Origin: a virus
Taxonomy: Duplodnaviria; Caudoviricetes
Length of the DNA: 58,298 nucleotides
IMG/VR virus record: IMGVR_UViG_3300026333_000001
Span: 1 to 58,298 of that record
Direction: 5' to 3' (one strand)
Position numbers and translations under genes: made by a program. Every line of letters begins with the position of its first letter. Within the stretch, counting starts at the first letter, position 1. Of this stretch, positions 19,108 to 28,645 are shown piece by piece. Under the pieces are notes generated by a model. It did no database searches, was not told the origin of the DNA, and was given only the letters and a program-made list of their open reading frames with translations.

Positions 19108-19537
19108 CGCCGTGCTTGGCCTTCAGGTTCCCGAGCAGGTCGCCGAGCAGCGATGCGATTCCCTCGGCGCCGGAGTCGTCGGGTGCGAGCTCGCGGGCCT
19201 TGTCGGCGGCGATACCGAGCACGATCCCACGGGAGTGGAACGAAGTCCGCGCCCACTCCTCATCCGTCATGCGCTCGAACGAGCCGAGTGCCCGCTCGGC
19301 GAGTCCGGCCGCGCGGGACGCGAGAGCGATCAGCCGTGCGCGATGGTCGGCGATGTTGGCGGCGGTGGCTTTCTTTGTGGCTGACCGGTCAAAGGCGTCG
19401 GTCAGTCCGGACTCTCTCGCGATGTTGGTTACGGAGCCGACGGAGACGTCGTGGTCACGGGCGATCTGGTTGCGTGGCTTGCCGTCGCGGATGTCGTCGG
19501 TGATCGCCTGACGCTTGGTGTCGGGGATGCGTGGCAC
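19091..19537 (-). CDS. terS: Terminase small subunit (HTH)
   Basis: N-terminal HTH (RNQIARDHDVSVGSVTNIA); overlaps the terL start. Confidence 0.75.
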   Translation of the reverse strand: MPRIPDTKRQAITDDIRDGKPRNQIARDHDVSVGSVTNIARESGLTDAFDRSATKKATAANIADHRARLIALASRAAGLAERALGSFERMTDEEWARTSFHSRGIVLGIAADKARELAPDDSGAEGIASLLGDLLGNLKAKHGDAPPE

Positions 19538-19630
19538 AACGAGCTCACCTCGCCCTCGACGGATTCGCTCATGGGTGTTCGGTGATGGTCAGGTGGACGT
19601 TCCCCAACGCATCGGCCGGGTGCTTACATG

Positions 19631-19664
19631 CGAAACGGCCCCGAGCGCGGTACGGGGCCGTTCG
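19631..19664 (-). terminator. Hairpin upstream of terS (late-operon leader terminator or attenuator)
   Basis: AACGGCCCCG-N9-CGGGGCCGTT stem followed by TCGCATGT on the minus strand. Confidence 0.6.
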
Positions 19665-19730
19665 ATAGATCAGCTAGCGTTCACTACGGAGTGTTGCAGA
19701 CCGCTGACCTCGTACGCAACTCTGACACGC

Positions 19731-20093
19731 TCACGGCTTCCACTCCTCCCGGTAGTCCGGGTGGTCGGCGTAGGGCAGGACGAGCAGGCGCTGTGTGGTG
19801 CAGGGATCCCCATCGTGGGGATGTGCTCGGTCATGCCATTCCAGCATCCGCCGCTTGGCGTCGACCTCGCGTAGCACGCGGGCCGGGTCGTGGCGGGCGA
19901 TGTGGCGCTGGTGCTCGGCATGCTCGGTGCTGGCGACGTATCCCTGGTGTCGGAGTCCTCGCTCCTCGCGCTGCGACGTCGCACTGACATGGATCATGTT
20001 AGGTACGGACGCCTCCCAAGCGGCGCCACCAGTCGCGTGGGCCGCAGCCTCGTCCTCGTCGAGCCGGGCCCGTAGGAACTCCACCAGGGTCAT
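19731..20093 (-). CDS. DUF6221-like protein
   Basis: EFLRARLDEDE...HIARHDPARVLREVDAKRR...LPYADHPDYREEW. Confidence 0.85.
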   Translation of the reverse strand: MTLVEFLRARLDEDEAAAHATGGAAWEASVPNMIHVSATSQREERGLRHQGYVASTEHAEHQRHIARHDPARVLREVDAKRRMLEWHDRAHPHDGDPCTTQRLLVLPYADHPDYREEWKP

Positions 20094-20908
20094 GCACTCA
20101 TCATCTCCCGCTTGCTCCGCTCGTCGAGGTACTTGTGCACGCTCCCGAGGTCGTACCAGGTCTTCTCGTGCTCCTCCTTGACCTGGACGTGCTCCCGTAC
20201 CGCCCAGGATCGGATCGTCGCCCGGTCGACGCGCCTGCCGTGCACGCGCAGCACGTACGCCTCGACGCGTTCGATGGTGACCCAGCGGCCGTCGACGCTG
20301 TCGGCCATGTACGCGCCGGGAAGCTGCGGGCCGCACGACGAGCACCAGGCTTTCCACGCCTCATCGCCGGACTGGCGCATCGTGACGGTGCCGTCGCAGC
20401 GTTCCCCGTCCTTGCCGGTGACCCGGCAGCGTTCCCCCGTGGGCAGGTAGCGGTCCGGGTCGAGCATGGCGCGGGCCCGCCCGGCGAGCTGGCGCAGCAC
20501 CAGCAGCAGCTCCTCGGCGGCGGGCCGGTTGCCGGCGCACCAGTCCACGTGACGGGTCAGCCACGCGGCCGTGGTGACCGGGTCGCCGTTGCCGGGCCGG
20601 GCGATGCCGCGCTCGTCGGCGACGTAGACGCACCACCACACGAGGTCGTGGCGGATCTGCTGCTGGTGTTCGATCACGGCCGTGTTGACCGGCAGCGGCT
20701 CACTCGGTGATCCGGACACCCGTTGTCCGCCGTCGCCGCCCGTGGCCAGCACGGTCCCGAGGCGGGCATGCAGGCCGGGCAGGTCGTCGAGGAGGTCGCG
20801 CAGCTGGCCTAGGCAGCCGTGGCACAGCCACAGCCCGTCGACGGCGCGGCGCTCGCGGTCCGGGTCGTGCTTGTGGACAGTGACGCAGATGTCGCTGGGC
20901 TGGGTCAC
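20090..20908 (-). CDS. Zn-finger/HTH protein, candidate late-gene regulator
   Basis: CHGC, C..C, CSSC and C-terminal HTH (RATIRSWA...WYDLGSV); last large gene before the late leader. Confidence 0.6.
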   Translation of the reverse strand: MTQPSDICVTVHKHDPDRERRAVDGLWLCHGCLGQLRDLLDDLPGLHARLGTVLATGGDGGQRVSGSPSEPLPVNTAVIEHQQQIRHDLVWWCVYVADERGIARPGNGDPVTTAAWLTRHVDWCAGNRPAAEELLLVLRQLAGRARAMLDPDRYLPTGERCRVTGKDGERCDGTVTMRQSGDEAWKAWCSSCGPQLPGAYMADSVDGRWVTIERVEAYVLRVHGRRVDRATIRSWAVREHVQVKEEHEKTWYDLGSVHKYLDERSKREMMSA

Positions 20909-21204
20909 AGGGTTCCTCCGCAGCCGAGGCACTTGAATCCTGCGGGCGGTCGCCCGTAGCAAGTAGCGCAGGTGGTGCTGTCGCTGACCAGTTCTTCCAG
21001 TGGCACCCTGAGCGCTCGCGCGATCCGGACGGCTGACGCCAGGGTCGTCCCGCGCTCGCCGTGCTCGATTGCGTGCAGTGTTGAGTAGTTGACGTCGCTG
21101 CGCTCGGCTAGGGCGCGGTATGACCAGCCCAGGCGCTTGCGAGCGACCGCGACGTTGCGCCCGAACTGCTGGACGATCTCGCAGGGCTGGGTCTCGATGG
21201 TCAA
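20905..21204 (-). CDS. XRE-family HTH protein with CxxC-CxxC tail
   Basis: ARKRLGWSYRALAERSDVNYSTLHAIEHG. Confidence 0.85.
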   Translation of the reverse strand: MTIETQPCEIVQQFGRNVAVARKRLGWSYRALAERSDVNYSTLHAIEHGERGTTLASAVRIARALRVPLEELVSDSTTCATCYGRPPAGFKCLGCGGTL

Positions 21205-21207
21205 AAC

Positions 21208-21363
21208 TCATCCCCCCAGGTTGTTGACGAACACGGACAGCTTCTGGCCTGCGTGGCTCAGGGCGGCCATGCCGTGGTTGACGGTGTGGGCCGCGGCGGC
21301 GGGGTCTTTGAGCAGGTAGAAGATGATGAACGCGCCGACGGCCCACGACAGGTATTTGCGCAT
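21208..21363 (-). CDS. Small membrane protein (51 aa), below the ORF-track cutoff
   Basis: MRKYLSWAVGAFIIFYLLKDPAAAAHTV...; GGAGG RBS. Confidence 0.7.
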   Translation of the reverse strand: MRKYLSWAVGAFIIFYLLKDPAAAAHTVNHGMAALSHAGQKLSVFVNNLGG

Positions 21364-21397
21364 CAGGTTCCTCCGGATGGGTCGGTTACGGCGGTCA

Positions 21398-22193
21398 TCA
21401 GGTGTTCACCCAGCCGTGGAAGCACCAGCCGCCACGCGCCAGCGGGAAGGCCAGCCACGGCCCCCATTTGTCGTCGGGATCGACACCCTTCGGCGGGTGC
21501 TGGCGCGTCCAGCCGCACATCCAGTCGATCGCGTCGTCGGTGACGGGCTTGTCCCAGACCTGGACGTGACCCTTCTCGTACGGGTCGGGCCAGTCGGAGT
21601 CTTTTACCCAGTCGGCGAGCATCGCGGCCAGGGCCTCGTCTGGTGTGGCTCCGACTCCGGTCTCAGCGGCGTATGTGGCGCCCATGGTCACGCGCCTCCG
21701 AACAGGATGGCCGCGGCCTGGCGCGGGTCGTTGAGTGCGGCGGTGTGGGTGGCGATGCGTCGTAGGTCCCGGGCGCTCCACGATGCGATGCGGTAGAACC
21801 TGCGGACGTCCCCCGGTTTGAGGTAGAGGCGTTCGACGTCGTCGTGGAGCCACCGGTTGAACAGGGCGGCCAGCTCCTCAACGACCGTCGTGGTTTCCCT
21901 GGCCGCGGGGCGGCGTGGTGTGCGGTGGGTGGGGTAGGACAGCACGGCGGGGGTCACGCGTGCTCCTCGAACCAGAACGGGTCCTGGATCGCGCAGTTCA
22001 CGAACAGAGGAGGGCGGAGCCTGCCGGCCACCAGATCCGCGGCGTGTCGGTCGAGAACGTGGTCGATACCGGCCTGCATTTCCCGTCGCGTGCACTGCTG
22101 CCAAACGCCGGGCACGATGGCGCCGCAGACGGTGCAGCACATGACCTCGATGTCCTGGTCGACCATCGGCAGCTTCGCGGGTACCTGGATCAC
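21398..22193 (-). other. Three small, translationally coupled hypothetical genes (approx. 21398-21691, 21688-21957, 21954-22193)
   Basis: Overlapping start/stop codons and GC3-rich frames. Confidence 0.55.
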
Positions 22194-22501
22194 TTCTCAG
22201 CCTCCTGAGCCTCTTGCGGCCCGCTACCCACACCGGCCCCTAGGTCTGCCGGTGCTAGGCCGTCCTGCGCGTCACCGTGAGGCGGGAAGACGCCATCGGG
22301 CATCTCTCCGGGCAGGCGCCAGACGCCGTCGGGGCGCTGGATGAGCCCACGGTCGGCCGGGTCGTGGCAGTGGCTGCCGTGGTTGATGGTCTGGTGCTTG
22401 TCGAAGGCGGACAGGCCGCTGAAGCTCTCGTGGCAGGCGCCGCAGTGACAGCGTCGGGAGCTGTTACGAGGTGGCGGGCAGCCGAGCGTGACGCAGTTCA
22501 T
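22190..22501 (-). CDS. FDXHR-type zinc-binding phage protein
   Basis: CHCGACHESFSGLSAFDKHQ...CHDPA..GL. Confidence 0.75.
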   Translation of the reverse strand: MNCVTLGCPPPRNSSRRCHCGACHESFSGLSAFDKHQTINHGSHCHDPADRGLIQRPDGVWRLPGEMPDGVFPPHGDAQDGLAPADLGAGVGSGPQEAQEAEK

Positions 22502-25500
22502 GATCGATCGGTCTCCTCCGTGGGGGCGTCCGGACCGAGCCATTCGACGTCGTGGCACCACAGGCATTGCCGATGCGCTGGGACGTCGTTCTCGTTGTCC
22601 GGGTCGGGCTGGTACTCGCTCCAGTGGTGCTCACACGTCTCGTTCAGGTACGAGCGCAGGTCCCGGCCGAGCAGCGCGAGCCTGCTGCCGACGGGGGCGT
22701 TCACGGAGAGGACGCTCTCAACGTGCCAGAGCATCCGCCGGTCGGTGGGCGTGGTGACCAGCTCGTCCTGAGGGTTGAACAGGTCGGTGACGCTGGGAGG
22801 CATGCGGTCGGTCCACCTCTGCTCAGCCATCGGTCAGTCCTCTCCGCCCGTGGGGGCGTCCTGGTGGCTGTCCGGGCCTCCTGGGGTGTCCAGGGCGTCA
22901 CGGAGGATGCGGCGGGTGCGGGACGCCTGCGCGTACACGCCGAGCTGCCAGCGGTCGCGGGTGATGCCGGTCTTCTTCTGCTGTTCGATGGCGTCCGCTT
23001 GCACCTGTTCGACGGCCGCTTTGAGCGCGTCCCGCTCGGCCTCGGCCTGCTCGGCGCGATGGTTCACGGGGCACGGGGTCGCGTCGCAGTCGCACAGCTC
23101 CGACTCGCACGCGGTTTCCCCACAGGTGCACCGCTCGTTCTCGTTGGCCTTAAGCGCGTCCTGCTCGGCGCGCTGGCGCTGCTCGAAGAGCGCGGCACGC
23201 ACGGCACCGGGAGCATCGGCGAGGGTGGCAGGACGCGGCAGGCCGGTCGCCTCGCCCGCCGCGATAAGCGCAGCGCGGATCTCGGCCTCACGCTCATCGC
23301 GGTAGCTGCGCAAACCGTCCCGCTCGGCGCGTAGCCGCTCCAGCTCGGGCGAGACCTGAGCCCACACGGCATCGGTGGCCCTCGAACTGCGGTAGCCGAG
23401 GTGGAATGCGATCTCATTGCCGATCCGGTCGCGTAGGTCGTCAGTCATCCTCGGACTCCTTCGGCCAGTTCGGGAACAGGACCCGGTGGGCGCGCTCGAA
23501 CCGGGTCGTGTCGTGCTCACTGTTCTCGATGACGTAGCTGAGGGCGTCTGCGACGTCGGCCATGACCTCGTGGGATTCGAGTGCACGCAGGACGGCGTCG
23601 GCGTGGTCGTGGGGGGTCGTTCCGGTAGAGCTGGCGAGACCGGCTTGCATGCAGGTGTTGATCGCCTCGGCAATCTGGTCGCGTAGGTCGTCAGCGGTCA
23701 CGGGCGCGGTGGGGTCGTCCGGTGGTGTGCGCTCGGGCGCGGCCAGGACGCAGCGCACACCCGATGGATGCTCAGGGTGAGTCGCCTCCGTGCAGTCATG
23801 GCAGCACAAGTCACCAGGGGGCTCACAGTGGGCGTTATGGAGGTCGCAGCAGGGGACGGTCGTGCGCTCGGGCGCGGTGGGGTCGGACTCCTTGTAGCCG
23901 AGCGCGCGGAGCGCTTCACGCTGCCACTCGGGTGAGGTGGGGTCAGGCATGGTCGGTCACCTTCTCGGCCAGCCGAACCACTGCGACGGCCAGGAGTTCA
24001 GCAAACGTCTCGCGGTTGTGCTCGCTGGCCTGCAGCCACGCGGACAAACCGGCGATGTCCACCTCCCGCACCGTGGCGTTCTGGGAACGGACATCGCGGT
24101 ACGCCTTGATGAGGTCGTCAACGAACGCGTTGAGTGGGGCATGTGCCTGATCGAAGGCGGCGAGTTGAGCGGGTGTGGTGTCGCCCCGCGGTGTGGGCAC
24201 GGTGGGGTCAGGCATCGATACCTCCGAGGTTGAAGCCGCCGTCGCGCGCGAAGATCGCTTTGATGTCAGCGAGCGGAAGCACTGTCAGGTCGATCCAGCA
24301 CCGGCACAGGACAGCGGCCGAGCACATCCCGCCACAGTCCGCGCAGTGCCACGGCGGGCAGTCGCCGCAGTGCTCAGAGGGGAATCGGTCCGTCGGCGAG
24401 CCGGTCGGCCCGGGCTCCGTCGCACCGCAGCCCTTGCAGATCAGGATCTGCGCGGTGGGGTCAGGCATGGTCTGCGGTCTCCTTGCTGCGGTGGAGGATG
24501 GCTCGGACGCTGGCGACCCACGGCGGAGCGTCGAGGCGGTTCGCCGAGCAGTGCGCCTCGATCTCGTCGCAGTAGGTCCGCACGCTCTCGATGACGGCTT
24601 CGGCGTTGCGGGCCTGCTGCTTCCAGTAGTCGGCCTGACCGCCGACCCAGGTCGTCACCTCGTCGCGGGTCTCGGGCATGGTCGTCACCTCGTCTCGGCT
24701 CTCAGCCGTCCGAGGCCCCGCATTTCCTGCAGCATCCTGGAATGCGCCGGGCTCTGCGCGTAGCCCCGGTGGGTCCTGCACAGCAGGTTTCCGCCGATCA
24801 TGGTGAGTAGCTCACGGTCGGCGCGCTCCTCGTCGGTGAAGCCCTGAGGCTCCTCGTACATGCACAGGCAGCAGATGAGGTTGATCATTGGCTGGTCTCC
24901 TCGATGGACTGGTGGGCGCATGGGCAGGTGTCCGGGTTGCGGCAGTCGGCGGCGGTGTGGCCGGGACTGTGGCGCTGACCGAGGTCGATGATCGGAGGCT
25001 GCTTATCGTCAGGCGTGGGCTCAGGCATGGTCGTCCTTCCGGGTGATGGCGGCCTTGCGGGCCTTGAACTCCTCGTTGGCGGGCACCGCATCGGCGCCGC
25101 GGGACTGCTCGACCACGCCCGGCGCGGGCGGCATGTACCGCCAGTGGCCTTGCTTGCGGGCGTCGTCCCAGTAGTCGCGGGCGAACTTGAGAGGGTCCGC
25201 CCACAGCGACTCGGGAACGTGGCCGCGGATGAGCTTGGCGAGGTACTGCGCTGCCCTCTCGGCTGCCTCGTCCTGGTCGGTGGCGGTCACGGTTGAGCCC
25301 CTTCAGCAGCGAGAGAAGTAGCGACGTCGGCTAGCACGCCCAGCCGCTCGGCGAGCCGACCCACGCACGGCGGGCACCATGTCAAGCCGTCAGGCGGGGT
25401 CGCGGGCATCGGATCGAGGAGCATCGCTCGCGAGTTCCGGCCGTCCCACATCGCTTGTCCGCAGAGCGCCTGCTGGCGAGCGAAAGTGCCGTCCTCGCGC

Positions 25501-25574
25501 AGGATGTGCAACCGCCGGACCTGCCCGGCGCGCTGGCCGCCGTCGACGTAGGTCCGGTACACGGCGGCGGTCAT
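22498..25574 (-). other. Array of about ten small hypothetical early genes (22498-22830, 22834-23448, 23441-23950, 23943-24215, 24208-24468, 24461-~24688, 24685-24888, 24885-25028, 25021-25290, 25287-25574)
   Basis: Contiguous coupled ORFs, several Cys-rich; shared junction repeats. Confidence 0.65.
23936..25028 (-). repeat. Gene-junction direct repeat ATGCCTGACCCCACC x3 plus one variant
   Basis: Exact copies at 23936-23950, 24201-24215 and 24454-24468; variant ATGCCTGAGCCCACG at 25014-25028. Confidence 0.9.
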
Positions 25575-25945
25575 GCCGTCCACCGCCTCGTGGGGATACC
25601 GGCCCGCTCTGCGAGGTCGGCGGTGTGTGTGGCGCCGCGGGAGCCGTCGCGGATGAACGCCAGGCAGACGTCCGCGCCCAGCTCAACCATCTCGGCGTTG
25701 CGTATGAACCCGGCGCGGCGGCCATGGCGCTTCCAGTCCGCGGGGTGGCGCTCCTCGGTGATGTCGAGGTATTCGGCCATGTGCCGCACCAGGTCGGCCG
25801 CGATGGCGTCCGCGCCGGAAGGGCATGCGCCATGCACGACCACGACCGGGTATCGCCCATATGCGGCGACGGCGAGTGCGGCCCGTATCGTCTCGACGTC
25901 GTCGAAGGTGCGGGAGCCGGTGACGAGGATGCGCAGGGCGGTCAC
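25571..25945 (-). CDS. DUF2493 / YspA-like SLOG family protein
   Basis: ILVTGSR, VHGACPSGAD, ADW..HGRRAGFIRN.EMV, SRGA.HT. Confidence 0.88.
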   Translation of the reverse strand: MTALRILVTGSRTFDDVETIRAALAVAAYGRYPVVVVHGACPSGADAIAADLVRHMAEYLDITEERHPADWKRHGRRAGFIRNAEMVELGADVCLAFIRDGSRGATHTADLAERAGIPTRRWTA

Positions 25946-26090
25946 GATGCCTCCTCGGCCGGTGCGCGGCACTCATGGCAGATGCCTTGACAGTCGGCGG
26001 GATCCCAGCAGACCGGCCCGCCGGTGTAGGGCTTACCGCCGCGCCGGGTGAGAGCTTCCTGCCAGATGTCGCCGGCGGGCTCACAGGCCT

Positions 26091-26723
26091 TCATGCGGCT
26101 TTTCCTTTCAACGGCGGATCGTGATCTCTGGGTTTGTCCACAATCGGCGAGGCACGTGATCGGCATTCCAGCTCAGCTAGTCGACTACGGAAACGATCAT
26201 GCTTGTTGGTAGGTGTCTTGTGGTTAGGTGCTTGGTTAGGTGGGCGGTAACCATTACCGGTGTTCTCGGCCTCAGTTACCGGTGTTCTGGCCTCAGTTAC
26301 CGGTGTTCTTGAACCGGTCGCCACCGAACACCGGTTATCGCTACCGGTGTTCGGTGGGTTATCCACAGACTTCTCGTCCCGGTTATCCACAGGCTTCTCG
26401 TCCGGGTCGAGCATCTCCACACGGTCCAAGAGGTCATCGGGAACCGTCAGCCGGTACTCATCCGCCAACCCGCGGCGGCCCATCTTCGACCCCTCGAAGA
26501 CCCGCTCGACCAGACCGAGGTCCCGGAGCCGGTCCAGAGCTTTCCGGACCGTCTTGTCGGACAGTTCGGTGACGGCCACGAGACGCTCGTTTCCCGGCCT
26601 GATCCGCGTGCCGTCGCGGTTGGCGTAGTCGGCCAGCACCGCGGCGACTAGCTTCACCGAGGCGCCGAGTCGGCACCGGCGGATGACCCTGCGCCAACTG
26701 AACGGGTCGATGCCATCCCCCAT
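26091..26723 (-). CDS. Replication initiator (N-terminal winged HTH)
   Basis: ADYAN.DGT.IRPG..RL...TELSDKTVRKAL..LRDLGLVE wHTH; low-complexity C-terminal half encoded by iterons. Confidence 0.8.
   Translation of the reverse strand: MGDGIDPFSWRRVIRRCRLGASVKLVAAVLADYANRDGTRIRPGNERLVAVTELSDKTVRKALDRLRDLGLVERVFEGSKMGRRGLADEYRLTVPDDLLDRVEMLDPDEKPVDNRDEKSVDNPPNTGSDNRCSVATGSRTPVTEARTPVTEAENTGNGYRPPNQAPNHKTPTNKHDRFRSRLAELECRSRASPIVDKPRDHDPPLKGKAA
26134..26404. promoter_or_regulatory. Putative replication origin: iterons, inverted repeat and DnaA boxes
   Basis: TTACCGGTGTTCT at 26254, 26276 and 26297; 15-bp perfect inverted repeat 26321-26335/26343-26357; TTATCCACA at 26359 and 26383; TTGTCCACA at 26134. 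Confidence 0.85.
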
Positions 26724-27241
26724 CAGGCGACTCCCTGCTCAATCTGTGGACGCATGCGAGCGACAGCGAACTCCGGCGGTAGGTCACTGATCCTGTAGGC
26801 GCGGAAGGTCGACGAGCCGTCGCCGTTCTTCTGCTCGACACCGGGGGCCTTGCCGACAGGCAGCTGAGCAAGGGTCCGGCTGTGCCATAGCCGGAACACC
26901 TTCAGGTCGCCGAGCAGCCAGCCGTTGAGGTCGGTGCCGGAGCTGCTCGCGAAGCCGTAGAAGACGTAGTCGCCCCAGCCGGACAGCATCTTGGCCAGCT
27001 CGGTTTCGGTCCCCTTCGGGCGACGGGAACGGATGGTGAACTCGTCGGGGTAGCGGGTCGCGTAGTCGGCCCGACGCAGTCGACATGCGACTCGCACCGC
27101 GTCGAGCTTGAGCACGATGAGATCGGTGTTGTGCCGGGCGTCCTCCTCGAAGGGGGCTTCGGCGATCAGGTAGTTCGCCAGCACTTGCTTGACGCGCGGG
27201 ATGAGAGCCCGCTGCCAGTCGAAGTCACGCTCAAACGACAT
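26723..27241 (-). CDS. Conserved hypothetical protein, possible PD-(D/E)XK-like fold
   Basis: MSFERDFDWQ...EEDARHNTDL...RVACRLR...EFTIRS...GWGDYVFYGF; overlaps the end of the MT-A70 gene. The fold call is tentative. Confidence 0.6.
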   Translation of the reverse strand: MSFERDFDWQRALIPRVKQVLANYLIAEAPFEEDARHNTDLIVLKLDAVRVACRLRRADYATRYPDEFTIRSRRPKGTETELAKMLSGWGDYVFYGFASSSGTDLNGWLLGDLKVFRLWHSRTLAQLPVGKAPGVEQKNGDGSSTFRAYRISDLPPEFAVARMRPQIEQGVA

Positions 27242-28436
27242 CAGCGACCTCGTTCCCCCATGCGATGAATCCTTCGCGATCACGTCGAGCGAACATTTCG
27301 ACACGTGGGCCGGGGCTGGCCGCGGTGACGCGTTCATAGAACACATCCGGCTTGACGCTGTGCCCCTGCACGGGCGCCTCGAACGACAAGCGCAGGCCGA
27401 GACGTTGCAACGGCAGGTTCCCCCGCCGGCCGAACAGGACATGCTCGGTGTCATACATCCATGAGAACGGGGTGATGCCGACGTTCTTGCGCCACGTCAT
27501 CACGCACTGGTAGTTGAATCCCCACGCCTCAAGCAGGTCCATACCGGCGGGCAGGAACTTGTGGGTGACCCACAAATAGATGTGGCAATCGTCGGCGGCG
27601 AGGGTGCGCACCGGCACCAGGGCCTCCTCGGCGATGTCCTCGAGGCTCATCACCGGGTAGTCGAGCGTCCGGCCCTGGTCGGGACGCTCGACGCGTTCGA
27701 TCTTCTGCATCGGCCAAGGCGGGTCGATCACGACGCATGAGAACTTGCCCTCTGGCGGCCGTACCGGATCGGCGACCGCATCGGGAATGTGCAGACGCGC
27801 CACCGCCTGCCGAGCTTCGGCCTCGTCGCGCCGCATTTGCTTCGCCAGCCGCGCGGTACGTTCACTCTCGGCCTGAGCAAGAAACTGTTGTCGCTGCTCT
27901 TCGGCCAGCCCTGCCGCCGCAGCTGCCGCCGAGATGCTGATACCGCCATCCTTGCGACCCTTCTCGGCCTCAGCAATCAGCCTCTCGTCGCCACTATCCA
28001 GCACCTTGCGGGCGGCAATAACACTTTCACGACTGACTTTGAGCAACTTCGCGGCCGAGTCCTGAGGCAAAGTGGAAGTTTCCACTTTGCCTCCGGTGTG
28101 CTGGTTACCTCTATCGCCACCACGAGAAATGGTGGCGATCCGCGCGGCGACCATTGAGCGCTGGTCGCTGTCCAAATGCCGCCGATGCAAATTTAGCGAC
28201 ACCACGAATGCGACGAGTTCCGCATCCGGCCCCCCGTAGGTGCGGTAGTCCGGTTCCCGGGCGAGACTCCGGCACGCCCGGTACCGGTTCCGACCGTCGA
28301 TGATCCGGCCGTCGCTGTGCAACCACACCGGCTCGCGCAGCCCATGCTCTCTGATGTCATCAACGAGCCCGGCGAATTCAAGCTCGGACATCATCGGGAA
28401 GATGTCCGCGACAGGATGAAAATGCAGTTCGGTCAC
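27231..28436 (-). CDS. ParB-N/HTH/MT-A70 fusion adenine methyltransferase
   Basis: DIREHGLREPV...IIDGRNRYRAC (ParB-N); SLNLHRRHL; IDPPW, YLWVT, TEHVLFG, HSVKP, EMFAR...WGNE (MT-A70). Confidence 0.92.
   Translation of the reverse strand: MTELHFHPVADIFPMMSELEFAGLVDDIREHGLREPVWLHSDGRIIDGRNRYRACRSLAREPDYRTYGGPDAELVAFVVSLNLHRRHLDSDQRSMVAARIATISRGGDRGNQHTGGKVETSTLPQDSAAKLLKVSRESVIAARKVLDSGDERLIAEAEKGRKDGGISISAAAAAAGLAEEQRQQFLAQAESERTARLAKQMRRDEAEARQAVARLHIPDAVADPVRPPEGKFSCVVIDPPWPMQKIERVERPDQGRTLDYPVMSLEDIAEEALVPVRTLAADDCHIYLWVTHKFLPAGMDLLEAWGFNYQCVMTWRKNVGITPFSWMYDTEHVLFGRRGNLPLQRLGLRLSFEAPVQGHSVKPDVFYERVTAASPGPRVEMFARRDREGFIAWGNEVADVV
28064..28139. repeat. Two adjacent inverted repeats inside the ParB-MT-A70 gene
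   Basis: GAGGCAAAGTGGAA-GT-TTCCACTTTGCCTC (28064-28093) and ATCGCCACCA-N7-TGGTGGCGAT (28113-28139). Confidence 0.95.
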
Positions 28437-28645
28437 GTGTCGTCCTGTCCTTCGGCCGCCTTCTCAGGCCAGCTCGCCAGCAGCTCGCGGTTGCGCGCCG
28501 CCTGCTTCTCGGTGATGGGCGTATAGGCGGGCGTGAGCCCGGGGATGCGCTCGACCGGGGCGGGCGCGTACCGTTCGGCCTCCAACTGGTCCGGGTAGGA
28601 GATCCGTTCGCGTTCGAGCCGGACCATCAGTTCGTCGTGGTTCAC
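28433..28645 (-). CDS. Hypothetical protein
   Basis: 70 aa coupled ORF. Confidence 0.6.
   Translation of the reverse strand: MNHDELMVRLERERISYPDQLEAERYAPAPVERIPGLTPAYTPITEKQAARNRELLASWPEKAAEGQDDT

Noticed and set aside
23936-25028. CRISPR array or integron attC sites
   Set aside because: Repeats are 15 bp, non-palindromic and separated by 250-550 bp coding genes; no cas genes or integron integrase.
26254-26404. Mini-CRISPR array
   Set aside because: Spacers are 8-9 bp and near-identical; iterons inside a rep gene explain it better.
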